Assembly (NCBI RefSeq): GCF_041859935.1
Contig: NZ_JBFLGE010000002.1
DNA from: Methanospirillum sp.
Lineage (GTDB): Archaea > Halobacteriota > Methanomicrobia > Methanomicrobiales > Methanospirillaceae
DNA: 64,000 bases
Direction: 5' to 3' (one strand)
Numbering within the stretch: the stretch's first letter is position 1; each line of letters begins with the position of its first letter. Both the position numbers and the translations under genes were made by a program. The notes under the pieces are model-generated. The model did not search any database. It worked only from the letters and a program-made list of their open reading frames with translations, and had not been told where the DNA came from. Below, in pieces: positions 47,026 through 56,142 of the stretch.

Positions 47026-47587
47026 TCCTTCTGAATATGGAGATTTTTGGACATATACTGGTTTTAAGCGAGAATCAGGTTTAATGATTTCCTTCAGTTC
47101 AGGAAAAAGGGTGGAAGAAACGTGTGAAATAATGCTCAATAGTTTTTTTGAACGCATGGAACTTCCGCTTCCGGATAATAAAATATCAATTTACACTGAT
47201 GGAAACTACCAATACTCCTCCATTATTCCAGATTTATATTGTGAATCTTGTATTGAATATGGGCAGGTAATTAAATTGAAGGAACAAAACAGGTTGATAT
47301 CTGTGATTAGAGCCAAAATTTTCGGAAATCCGAAAATTAAATCGATATCAACATCGGTGGTTGAAGGATATAATAATAAAATACGTCAAAGATTAAGTAG
47401 ATTTACACGAAAAACTGCCTCTTTTTCTAAAAGTGTATTCGGTTATGAGACCTCGTTGAATATCTTTCAATTTGTACACAATTTTATTGATCTGAAATAT
47501 GATCACCAGACTCCAGCTATGCTTGAAAGTATTACTGAACATCGATGGAATTGGTACGAGTTTTTAAGTCATCATATTCAGTTATAA
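46931..47587 (+). CDS. insB: IS1 transposase catalytic part (InsB-like), in the +1 frame relative to the InsA-like ORF
   Basis: TDGNYQY and VEGYNNKIRQRLSRFTRKTASFSKS motifs typical of IS1 transposases. The functional part probably begins at the A8 tract near 47000. Confidence 0.75.
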   Translation: MIIISTVFHLGIVSLMKYGRLSKKNKNLLPHDPSEYGDFWTYTGFKRESGLMISFSSGKRVEETCEIMLNSFFERMELPLPDNKISIYTDGNYQYSSIIPDLYCESCIEYGQVIKLKEQNRLISVIRAKIFGNPKIKSISTSVVEGYNNKIRQRLSRFTRKTASFSKSVFGYETSLNIFQFVHNFIDLKYDHQTPAMLESITEHRWNWYEFLSHHIQL

Positions 47588-47601
47588 TTTGGGCCATGAC
47601 C

Positions 47602-47609
47602 AAAACATT
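47602..47609. repeat. Target-site duplication AAAACATT (right copy)
   Basis: See 46497-46504. Confidence 0.7.
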
Positions 47610-47627
47610 CTGCCGAGAGATCTGTAA

Positions 47628-47852
47628 TTATCCATCCCGATCCTCTCTTATTATTGATACTGCATCGGGTCCTGAACTCATTTGGTTGCATATTTCTGTT
47701 GCTTTTTGTAGAATCTGTTCTTTTCTCTTTCTTTTCACATAGAGTTCAATTAGAAATCGGATATCTGCCTGTACATCTTCGTCTTTCATCTCTTCCATAA
47801 GTGAACGTATACGAGGATCAATTCGTATGCTGTATACAGTAGACTCCGCCAT
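47628..47852 (-). CDS. Ribbon-helix-helix (CopG/antitoxin-like) protein, no adjacent toxin gene
   Basis: 74 aa; N-terminal YSIRIDPRIRSLMEE beta-strand/helix pattern typical of RHH proteins. Confidence 0.5.
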   Translation of the reverse strand: MAESTVYSIRIDPRIRSLMEEMKDEDVQADIRFLIELYVKRKRKEQILQKATEICNQMSSGPDAVSIIREDRDG

Positions 47853-48010
47853 AATTGTATATTGATAAAAATATTTTAAATACTTAACGGATCTCCTGAA
47901 AGTTGTAGGAGAATCTGTAATTAATTTATGGTAAACTACTTGTCAGACTTAAATGTGTTCAAATCTGAATAATATTACAATCAGTACTGGATTGCAATTT
48001 GGGTACAGGC

Positions 48011-48619
48011 ATGAGTAAGCGTTATCTTATCACAGGTGGTTCTGAAAATATGTGTAATATCTCTGATATTCTTAATCATAAAGAGACATTCTCTTCGGTA
48101 CCTCTTTCTCCATACGCAGTCGGGAAATGCCTTACGGAATTATATGCTGCTGTGTATACTGATTTATATGGTGTTCAATCGGTCTGCTTACGGTTTTTTA
48201 ATGTATATGGTCCGAAGCAGGATCCATCTTCTCCCTATTCCGGAGTAATATCCAAATTTATGGATGTAATCACCGGGAATGATGAGTTCATAATATTTGG
48301 GGATGGAGAACAGACACGGGATTTTGTGTATGTTCTGGATGTCGTCCAGGCTTTGATTCTGTCAATGGAAAAGAGTGTATCTGGTGTTTTCAATGTAGGT
48401 ACAGGCTCGAGTGTATCGATTAATCAGCTTGCCGAAACAATTATGGAGATTTCAGGTAAAAATGTGGGGATACGATATTTGGATGCCCGTGAAGGTGAGG
48501 TCAGGCATTCATGTGCAGATATCTCGAAGATATCGGAGGAACTTGGGTATAAACCGAAATACTCTCTGAAAGAAGGGATCAGTAATACATATTCGTGGTT
48601 GATAAAAAAACAGGGCTAA
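48011..48619 (+). pseudogene. Remnant of an NAD-dependent sugar epimerase/dehydratase (SDR) with an internal deletion
   Basis: Begins KRYLITGGS (start of the Rossmann motif), then jumps directly to the SPYAVGK (YxxxK) region; roughly 110-130 residues of a normal enzyme are absent. Confidence 0.65.
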
Positions 48620-48660
48620 TCCCTGATTTTTCTTGTGAATAATGATATGAAATTCTGTCA

Positions 48661-48840
48661 TTATAGATCATTCAATGTTACATATTCACCAGAAGCAACT
48701 TCATCCCCTAATTTTTGTATCTCTTCTCTTTCTTCTGTAGAAATATCTTCCATTCCAAAATAATTGTCAATTTTATCATTGAGTTGGATAATTAAAGTCT
48801 CCAGATTATCAATTTTTTGAAGGAGTAATTTTTCGCTCAT
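48661..48840 (-). CDS. Small acidic hypothetical protein
   Basis: 59 aa from ATG 48840 (the ORF track starts at TTG 48852); coiled-coil-like; no family recognised. Confidence 0.3.
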   Translation of the reverse strand: MSEKLLLQKIDNLETLIIQLNDKIDNYFGMEDISTEEREEIQKLGDEVASGEYVTLNDL

Positions 48841-48922
48841 ATTGATATCCAATTATCTATACCATTGGTAGTCTTAATTGTGTATTTGGGAGTCTCTTTA
48901 TAATAGGTTATTCATATCAAGT

Positions 48923-49342
48923 TCATCGGTTTTGAACAGGATTTATTACCTCAATGGATTTTACATGCTGAAAGGCATTATCGTTTGTCATGAGGTATTT
49001 AATCTGGAATATCTCCATTGATGCGATAATTGTCGCATCTCTCCCTCCGATTCCAAATGATGAATATTGGTGCAATATTTGAATGGCATGATGAACCGTT
49101 TTTATGTCTAATTCAAAAAAGTGGAATGGATATGACAAAAATGTATCAAGAAGAACCTCTGCCTGTAAAGGTTTTTGTCTAAACAGGTAATGAGCAACTT
49201 CCATAACAACAACAGAGTTAATCGCAATCTCTCCTGTTGATAAAATCTGATCAACAGCTAGACAAACATCTTTATGTTCCCATGATGATTTGTTGAAGTA
49301 ATAACACCAGATATTACTATCGATAAAAATTACATCTTCCAT
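48923..49342 (-). CDS. vapC: PIN-domain toxin (VapC family)
   Basis: 139 aa; acidic quartet contexts IDSN, MEV, GGRDA, TNDN; overlaps the upstream antitoxin gene. Confidence 0.8.
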   Translation of the reverse strand: MEDVIFIDSNIWCYYFNKSSWEHKDVCLAVDQILSTGEIAINSVVVMEVAHYLFRQKPLQAEVLLDTFLSYPFHFFELDIKTVHHAIQILHQYSSFGIGGRDATIIASMEIFQIKYLMTNDNAFQHVKSIEVINPVQNR

Positions 49343-49554
49343 ATGGACTTCAAGGTAAGAGGGTCTGTTTTATCATCCTGAATACAGCCTTTCAATGAAA
49401 GTATTGAATTATGTGAATTTTTCCTTAATCGGATTAATAAGGAGTTTCCAATAATCTCAATGTCCACTTCATCACCTTTCGCAACTCCCAATTTTTCTAT
49501 GATATTTGGAGGTATTGTGATTTTTCCATCCTGTTCAATCACCGAAGATGACAT
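49330..49554 (-). CDS. vapB: AbrB/SpoVT-type antitoxin (VapB family)
   Basis: 74 aa; KITIPPNIIEKLGVAKGDEV swapped-hairpin motif; 13-nt overlap with vapC. Confidence 0.75.
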   Translation of the reverse strand: MSSSVIEQDGKITIPPNIIEKLGVAKGDEVDIEIIGNSLLIRLRKNSHNSILSLKGCIQDDKTDPLTLKSIWKM

Positions 49555-49677
49555 ATGAATACTATTTGAATCCGGTGTATAATGAGTTATCTGTAATTTT
49601 GCTATTCACTGTTTGCAAGAGGGCTTTCTAATTTTAATAGTTGTGGAAATAATAGGAAAAATAGATGAAGAAAAGCT

Positions 49678-50724
49678 TTAATCTCTGGCCCACCATCTGC
49701 CAGGGAATTTCTTATCAAGAATAGAATATCCTTCCCCAACCGGATTAAGCCCGGCTGCCTTCATATCCGCATCAACCATGATCTTCACCAGTTCGGAGAA
49801 TTTGATCTTTGCCTTCCACCCAAGTTTCTTTTCTGCCCGTGATGGGTCAGCATGCAGTGCCTCTACTTCAGTCGGTCTGAAATATTTCTGATCAATCTTG
49901 ACATGTTTCTCCGGGTCCAGACCTGCATACGCAAATGCAGCATCAACGAACTCCTGCACGGTGTGCGTCTCACCGGTTCCGATGACATAGTCATCCGGAG
50001 AATCCTGCTGCAGGATCTGCCACATGCATTCCACATATTCGGGGGTGAATCCCCAGTCACGCTTCGCCTCAAGGTTTCCAAGGTAGAGGTATTTCTCTTT
50101 TCCAGCAAGGATAGCTGCAATGCCCCGGGTAATCTTTCGGGTGACAAATATCTCTCCTCTCCGGGGTGATTCATGGTTATAGAGGATGCCATTGCAGGTG
50201 AACATGTTATACCCGTCCCGGTAGTTCCGGGTCATCCAGTATGCGTAGAGTTTTGCACAGGCGTAGGGGCTCCTTGGCCAGAAACAGCTCTCTTCGTTCT
50301 GTGGTGGAGCGATGTGACCAAACATCTCACTGGATGATGCCTGATAGAACCGGATATCTGGGTTACTTCTCCGGATGGCTTCAAGAATTCGGGTTGTACC
50401 AAGGGCGGTTACATTTCCGGTGTACTCTGGGGTTTCAAAACTGACCCGAACATGGCTTTGTGCACCGAGGTGATAGATTTCATCGGGTTTGATATTATAG
50501 AGGACATTTGAGATCATCTCAGAGTCAGAGAGATCGCCATAGTGAAAGAAGATTTTTGCATCAGGGTCATGGGCATCGACGTATATGTGGTCAATCCGGT
50601 GGGTATTGAAGGTTGAGGCCCGGCGGACAAGCCCGTGGACCTCATAGCCTTTTGATAGGAGTAATTCGGCAAGATAGGAACCATCCTGCCCGGTGATTCC
50701 GGTGATGAATGCGGTTTTTGTCAT
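49678..50724 (-). CDS. gmd: GDP-mannose 4,6-dehydratase
   Basis: 348 aa; [27 protein letters not shown] and HESPRRG motifs. Confidence 0.92.
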   Translation of the reverse strand: MTKTAFITGITGQDGSYLAELLLSKGYEVHGLVRRASTFNTHRIDHIYVDAHDPDAKIFFHYGDLSDSEMISNVLYNIKPDEIYHLGAQSHVRVSFETPEYTGNVTALGTTRILEAIRRSNPDIRFYQASSSEMFGHIAPPQNEESCFWPRSPYACAKLYAYWMTRNYRDGYNMFTCNGILYNHESPRRGEIFVTRKITRGIAAILAGKEKYLYLGNLEAKRDWGFTPEYVECMWQILQQDSPDDYVIGTGETHTVQEFVDAAFAYAGLDPEKHVKIDQKYFRPTEVEALHADPSRAEKKLGWKAKIKFSELVKIMVDADMKAAGLNPVGEGYSILDKKFPGRWWARD

Positions 50725-50836
50725 TGATTATTTAATAATTTGATGTAATTTTACTTATTTTGTCTTATTATCTACAACCAGATAACCGCTCTGATTGTGG
50801 GTATTATTTTCCCGTTTCAGACTAATATATCTTGAA

Positions 50837-51955
50837 ATGCAAAAGACGGTAGTATTAATTTCTTTTCATCATTATCTCTCTAAAAGGAAAGCCGGATTTC
50901 ATTGGATCGCTCATTCCTTTGAGAACCTGGGATGGGATGTTATTTTTGTCACAGCCCCCTTATCACCTTTCTCTCGATTAATTCATGATCACCGGTGGGA
51001 ATATGTTAATCATAAGAATCTTAATAGAGCAGAAAAAATTGATGAACATGTAATAATCTATACTCACTCACCGTTTTACTCTCCAATTTCGACAACCGGG
51101 CATGTATGTATTGATTTGCTCTCCCCAATATTTATTCCAATTTATAAATCTCGGATTCCTGTGAGACTTAAAAAATTACTGATACGTGCTGATATTGTCA
51201 TATTTGAAAGTACTGCAGCGATTTTGTTATTTGACCTGGTAAAAAAATGTAATACGAAAGCAAAATATATCTATCGAGTATCAGATTCTCTAGAAATTTT
51301 AAGAGTTCACCAATCGGTAATTGAATTCGAAAAAAAAATTACTCCATATTTTGATTTAGTGAGTGTTCCGTCACAAAAATTACTCTCACGGTTTCCTGTC
51401 GAAAAAACCTGCTTGCAACATCATGGCATCAATAAAAGTGCTTTTTCTCAAAAACTTAAAAAGCCTGCACAATATGGTCGATTTGAAAAAAACATCATTT
51501 TTGTCGGAAACTCATATTTTGATCTGAATTTTATCACAATCGCTTCAGGATTATTCCCCCATATCGGCTTTCATTTAATCGGGCCGATTGATCATGAATT
51601 TTCAGGAGATAATGTATTAATATACGGGGAGATGCCCTTTATAGAAACTACCCCCTATATTTTTTATGCAGATGTCGGGTTACAAATAAGAAGAATGGAG
51701 GTTGGGCTGGATACATTATCTGACAGTTTAAAAATTCTTCAGTATACCTGGTGTCAACTGCCTATTATCGCTCCATTTGGTTTAGAATCATTACGAAAGC
51801 ACATTATTTATTATCAATACGATGTTGCTGAATCTATCGGTGATGCAATTACCCAGGCTCTGAATTATGATCGCTCACATATTGATCGTTCTGATATTAT
51901 GGATTGGGAAGAACTGACGATTGAAATGTTGAGGAAGATAGATACGCCAGTATAA
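50837..51955 (+). CDS. Putative glycosyltransferase (GT-B-like; N-terminus reminiscent of GumK-type)
   Basis: About 372 aa from ATG 50837; weak family recognition only; context. Confidence 0.4.
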   Translation: MQKTVVLISFHHYLSKRKAGFHWIAHSFENLGWDVIFVTAPLSPFSRLIHDHRWEYVNHKNLNRAEKIDEHVIIYTHSPFYSPISTTGHVCIDLLSPIFIPIYKSRIPVRLKKLLIRADIVIFESTAAILLFDLVKKCNTKAKYIYRVSDSLEILRVHQSVIEFEKKITPYFDLVSVPSQKLLSRFPVEKTCLQHHGINKSAFSQKLKKPAQYGRFEKNIIFVGNSYFDLNFITIASGLFPHIGFHLIGPIDHEFSGDNVLIYGEMPFIETTPYIFYADVGLQIRRMEVGLDTLSDSLKILQYTWCQLPIIAPFGLESLRKHIIYYQYDVAESIGDAITQALNYDRSHIDRSDIMDWEELTIEMLRKIDTPV

Positions 51956-51978
51956 CGAAATAGTAACGGAATTTTTAA

Positions 51979-52716
51979 ATGATCGAATATGGAATAAACA
52001 CGATCGGTGAGAATGCTGTAATATTTGATCCAGTAACCATTGGTTTCCCTTCCCGACAAAATATTGGGAAAAGAGATTTTAATGGGGTTATTATTGGCAA
52101 TAATGCAGTTATTCGTTCCGGAACTATTTTATATTGTGATGTGTTAGCAGGAAATTCGTTTTCAACGGGTCATAATGTCATGGTTCGCGAAAAAACCGTG
52201 ATTGGGGATAATGTCTCACTTGGAACTGGAGTAATAATAGAAGGAAATTGTGAGATTGGCAGTAATTCAAATCTGCAAAGTCTGGTTTACATACCCACAA
52301 ATAGTACGGGTCATAATGTCATGGTTCGCGAAAAAACCGTGATTGGGGATAATGTCTCACTTGGAACTGGAGTAATAATAGAAGGAAATTGTGAGATTGG
52401 CAGTAATTCAAATCTGCAAAGTCTGGTTTACATACCCACAAATAGTAAAATCGGAAATCATGTTTTCATTGGGCCCAATGCTGTTCTAACGAATGATAAA
52501 TATCCCCCGCATGGTGGTCAAAATTTATCTGGCCCGACAATCTCTGACTATGCAGCAATTGGGGCTAATGTTACGATACTCCCTGGTGTTCATATAGGGA
52601 AGGGTTCACTTGTTGCTGCCGGTTCAGTAGTTACCCGTGATGTCCCTGAAAAAACTCTGGCAATTGGTTCTCCCGCACGAATGAAAGAGTTACCTGGGGG
52701 AGTAGTTTATTCATGA
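51979..52716 (+). CDS. Hexapeptide-repeat N-acetyltransferase (WbpD-like paralog) carrying a 47-aa internal tandem duplication
   Basis: 245 aa versus 198 aa for the paralog at 42518..43114; the extra 47 aa are an exact repeat. Confidence 0.8.
   Translation: MIEYGINTIGENAVIFDPVTIGFPSRQNIGKRDFNGVIIGNNAVIRSGTILYCDVLAGNSFSTGHNVMVREKTVIGDNVSLGTGVIIEGNCEIGSNSNLQSLVYIPTNSTGHNVMVREKTVIGDNVSLGTGVIIEGNCEIGSNSNLQSLVYIPTNSKIGNHVFIGPNAVLTNDKYPPHGGQNLSGPTISDYAAIGANVTILPGVHIGKGSLVAAGSVVTRDVPEKTLAIGSPARMKELPGGVVYS
52165..52446 (+). repeat. Perfect 2 x 141-bp direct tandem duplication inside the acetyltransferase gene
   Basis: 52165-52305 and 52306-52446 are identical base for base (checked by eye). Confidence 0.95.
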
Positions 52717-53795
52717 TTCCTATCGCAAAGCCATGTGTTGGAGATGAGGAAGCTGAAGCTGCTGGCACAGTAATCCGGTCTGGGATGCTTGCAAGTGGGA
52801 AGGAAGTCAGGATGTTTGAAGAGGAATTTGCTTCTTACATAGGGGTTCCAGAAGGTATTGCTACAAGTAATGGCACAACAGCGTTGCATGTAGCACTTCT
52901 CGCTCATGACATCGGTCCAGGTGACGAAGTTATTGTTCCCTCATTTACCTTTATCGCAACTGCAACATCCGTAAGCATGACCGGAGCAACGCCGGTTTTG
53001 GCAGATGTTGATAAAAAAACCTATTGCATTGATCCAAATTCTGTGATGGATATCCTCACTCCAAAAACGAAGGCAGTAATTGGTGTCCATTTATTCGGAC
53101 ACGCCTGTGAGGTTCGTTCAATACACGATATTTGTGTAGATCATAAACTCGAGTTTATTGAAGACTGTGCCCAGGCTCATGGTACAGAATATAATGGTAA
53201 AAAGGTGGGTAGCTTTGGGGCATGTGGGTGTTACTCATTTTATCCAACAAAAAATATGACCTCTGGAGAGGGAGGTATGATTACTTGCCAGGATGATTCA
53301 CTTTCAGAGCGAATACGGCGACTAATAAATCATGGTCAAAAGGAAAAATACCTGCATACAGAGTTAGGTTATAATTTCAGGCTTACGGACATCGCTGCCG
53401 CTATCGGGAGGGTACAGCTTAAAAAACTACCTGAAATGAATAAAAAAAGACAAGATAATGCAGCATTTTATAACTCCTTTATAAATAACGACGGTATTAT
53501 TCTTCCTTTTACTGATCCAAAATCAAATCATGTTTTTCACCAATATGCGATTTGTATTCGCCGCAATGACATGGATCGGGACTCTTTTGCAAAAGTCTTA
53601 CTTGATAATGGTATAGGTACTGCTGTCCACTACCCAATTCCAATCCATAAGCAGCCTCTCTATGGGAACACATCTGGTTCACAATGCCCTGTTTCTGAAT
53701 CATTATCCAAAGAAATACTTAGTTTACCTGTTTATCCTGATTTAAAAACTGATGAACGCAAATTCGTTGTTGAAACAATAAACGGAGTTAATTAA
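52713..53795 (+). CDS. DegT/DnrJ/EryC1/StrS-family aminotransferase (WbpE-like paralog)
   Basis: 360 aa; colinear with 43111..44187; [14 protein letters not shown]. Confidence 0.88.
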   Translation: MIPIAKPCVGDEEAEAAGTVIRSGMLASGKEVRMFEEEFASYIGVPEGIATSNGTTALHVALLAHDIGPGDEVIVPSFTFIATATSVSMTGATPVLADVDKKTYCIDPNSVMDILTPKTKAVIGVHLFGHACEVRSIHDICVDHKLEFIEDCAQAHGTEYNGKKVGSFGACGCYSFYPTKNMTSGEGGMITCQDDSLSERIRRLINHGQKEKYLHTELGYNFRLTDIAAAIGRVQLKKLPEMNKKRQDNAAFYNSFINNDGIILPFTDPKSNHVFHQYAICIRRNDMDRDSFAKVLLDNGIGTAVHYPIPIHKQPLYGNTSGSQCPVSESLSKEILSLPVYPDLKTDERKFVVETINGVN

Positions 53796-53796
53796 G

Positions 53797-54711
53797 ATGG
53801 ATGTAGGAGTTATTGGGACTGGCCAGATGGGGAGAAATCATGTCCGGGTTTATTCAGAATTAAAACCCGTTTCTTCAGTTCATATTTTTGATTTAAATGA
53901 AAAACAGACTGAAGAAGTCGCAAAACAATATGGGGTTGATTGCGCCAGCTCAATGGAGGATTTACTCAGTAAAGTAGATGCAGTCAGCCTTTGCATACCC
54001 ACTCCGTATCATTACAAAACAGCAATGGATATTCTGTCTCATGGCATGAATGTTCTTATTGAAAAACCGATATGCCTCACAGCACAGGAAGGATCAGATC
54101 TTATTCAAAAGATTTCTTCTGATATTGTGGTTGGAGTGGGTCACATTGAACGGTTTAATCCCATTGTGCCAGAAATTGCTCGTATGATCTCAAATCCGTT
54201 GTATGTCGAATTAAAAAGACATAATCCTACCTCATCGAGAATTTCAGGAAGTTCAGTAGTTGAAGATTTAATGATTCATGATATTGATATTGTCCGTCAT
54301 TGTCTTCTTGGTGATACGTATGATATTTTTTCACGTGGAACAACAGATGTGGCCACAGCGCTCTGTCAATTTGGCTCTACTCCCGTTTATTTTTCAGCGA
54401 GCAGAAAATCATCGAAAAAAATCCGCATGATACATATTGAACAGGAAGATATGACCATTGAGGGTGATTTTATGACACAGGAGATATATGTTCATAAAAA
54501 ACCAGAGCAATATTCTGTTGATGATGAAAGGTATATTCAGGAAAATATCGTGGAAAAGGTCCAGGTAGCAAAAAAGGAACCGCTCCGTTCTGAGTTGGTT
54601 CAATTTCTTGATGCTGTTTCAAAGGGTCACGGATTTCCGGTTACTCCGGAACAAGGTGTTGAAAATTTAAAGATCTGTGAAAAAATTATGAGAGGCCTAT
54701 CCAATGTCTGA
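53797..54711 (+). CDS. Gfo/Idh/MocA oxidoreductase (WbpB-like paralog)
   Basis: 304 aa; colinear with 44187..45092. Confidence 0.85.
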   Translation: MDVGVIGTGQMGRNHVRVYSELKPVSSVHIFDLNEKQTEEVAKQYGVDCASSMEDLLSKVDAVSLCIPTPYHYKTAMDILSHGMNVLIEKPICLTAQEGSDLIQKISSDIVVGVGHIERFNPIVPEIARMISNPLYVELKRHNPTSSRISGSSVVEDLMIHDIDIVRHCLLGDTYDIFSRGTTDVATALCQFGSTPVYFSASRKSSKKIRMIHIEQEDMTIEGDFMTQEIYVHKKPEQYSVDDERYIQENIVEKVQVAKKEPLRSELVQFLDAVSKGHGFPVTPEQGVENLKICEKIMRGLSNV

Positions 54712-56140
54712 AAAATTAAAAGAAATAATCCGCAACCGCGGTCCTATTAAAAAAATTGGGGTTATCGGGATGGGCTATGTGGGTATTCCTGCTGCTGCTC
54801 TCTTTGCAAATATTCCCCATATCGAAAAAGTTTTTGGTTTTCAGCGTAACTCCCCTTCATCCGGGTATAAAATTGCATATCTAAATCAGGGTAATAATCC
54901 CTTAAAAGGTGAAGAGCCTGGCCTTGATGATCTCATTGCAAAGATGGTCCAGGAAAAGAAATTTGAATGCACTGATGATTTTTCAAAAATTGTGGAATGC
55001 GATGCAGTTACCATCGCAATTCAAACCCCATTTAAAGACCCGAAAGACCTAATCCCTGACTTTTCTGCCTTAGAAGAAGGGATTCGGCTTGCGGGTAAAT
55101 ATATCACTCCTGGTTCTCTCGTTGTATTAGAGTCGACAATAACTCCTGGCACTACGGTTGGATTAGGTCGTAATCTACTTGAGGAAGAATCCGGTCTTGT
55201 AGCAGGGGAGGATTTTGCACTTGCTCATGCACCAGAACGAGTCATGGTGGGACGACTTCTTCAGAATATCCAGGAACATGATCGGATCGTCGGAGGTATT
55301 GATCATATGAGTACTTCCCGTGCAGTTGAATTATATTCGCCTGTTCTGACGAAAGGGAAAATAATTCCAATGACTGCAACAGCTGCAGAAGTAACGAAAA
55401 CAGCGGAAAATACGTTCCGTGATCTTCAGATATCTGCAGCGAATCAACTTGCTTTGTATTGTGAAGCGATGGGGATTAATTTTTATGATGTACGGGCCGG
55501 TATCGACTCTCTCAAGGGTGATGGGATTACCCGGGCGATTTTATGGCCTGGAGCTGGTGTTGGCGGGCATTGCCTTACAAAAGATACGTACCATCTTGAA
55601 CGGGGAATTAAGATTACCAATGTTGAGCCCCTTGACTATCCCGAAGGAAATGATTCATTGTTTGTTCTGGCAAGAAAGATAAATGACTTCATGCCTGAAC
55701 ATATGTTTAATTTACTGACCCATGGTTTTGAGCGAATTGGAAAAGATGTGAAGGGTTCCAAAGTCGCTCTTCTTGGCTGGTCTTTTCTTCCAAATACTGA
55801 TGATTCAAGAAACACACCTGCAGAACCATTTAAGGACCGCTGTGTTCACGCCGGTGTTGATATCCGTGTTCATGATCCCTGGGTAAAGGAATACCCCGGA
55901 ATTAGTATTCTCTCGGATTTGAATGAAGTGCTTGCGAATGCTGATGCTGTTGTCATATTTTCCGGACATAGGGAGTATTGTGATCTAAATCCCCGGTTCA
56001 TCAGCTCCTTGACAAATGCTGTTCACCCTGTGATCGTTGATGGGAGAAATGTTATTAATCCAGATCTTTTCATCTCGTCAGGTTTTATTTACAAGGGTAT
56101 TGGCAGGGGAGATAAAAACCAACACCCTCTCCATGAGTAA
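54704..56140 (+). CDS. UDP-N-acetyl-hexosamine 6-dehydrogenase (WbpA/WecC-family paralog)
   Basis: 478 aa; colinear with 45095..46531 up to ..GIGRGDKN. Confidence 0.88.
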   Translation: MSEKLKEIIRNRGPIKKIGVIGMGYVGIPAAALFANIPHIEKVFGFQRNSPSSGYKIAYLNQGNNPLKGEEPGLDDLIAKMVQEKKFECTDDFSKIVECDAVTIAIQTPFKDPKDLIPDFSALEEGIRLAGKYITPGSLVVLESTITPGTTVGLGRNLLEEESGLVAGEDFALAHAPERVMVGRLLQNIQEHDRIVGGIDHMSTSRAVELYSPVLTKGKIIPMTATAAEVTKTAENTFRDLQISAANQLALYCEAMGINFYDVRAGIDSLKGDGITRAILWPGAGVGGHCLTKDTYHLERGIKITNVEPLDYPEGNDSLFVLARKINDFMPEHMFNLLTHGFERIGKDVKGSKVALLGWSFLPNTDDSRNTPAEPFKDRCVHAGVDIRVHDPWVKEYPGISILSDLNEVLANADAVVIFSGHREYCDLNPRFISSLTNAVHPVIVDGRNVINPDLFISSGFIYKGIGRGDKNQHPLHE

Positions 56141-56142
56141 TT

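Larger units (their letters stand above)
46505..47601 (+). mobile_element. IS1-family insertion sequence (1097 bp)
   Basis: Imperfect terminal inverted repeats GGTAGTGGCC.. and ..(rc) GGTCATGGCC (14/23 matches by hand); 8-bp direct repeats; InsA-like and InsB-like ORFs. Confidence 0.8.

Noticed and set aside
52165-52446. Direct repeat considered as a CRISPR-like or minisatellite array
   Set aside because: There are only two copies of 141 bp with no spacers, in frame inside a coding sequence. It is a tandem gene-internal duplication, not an array.
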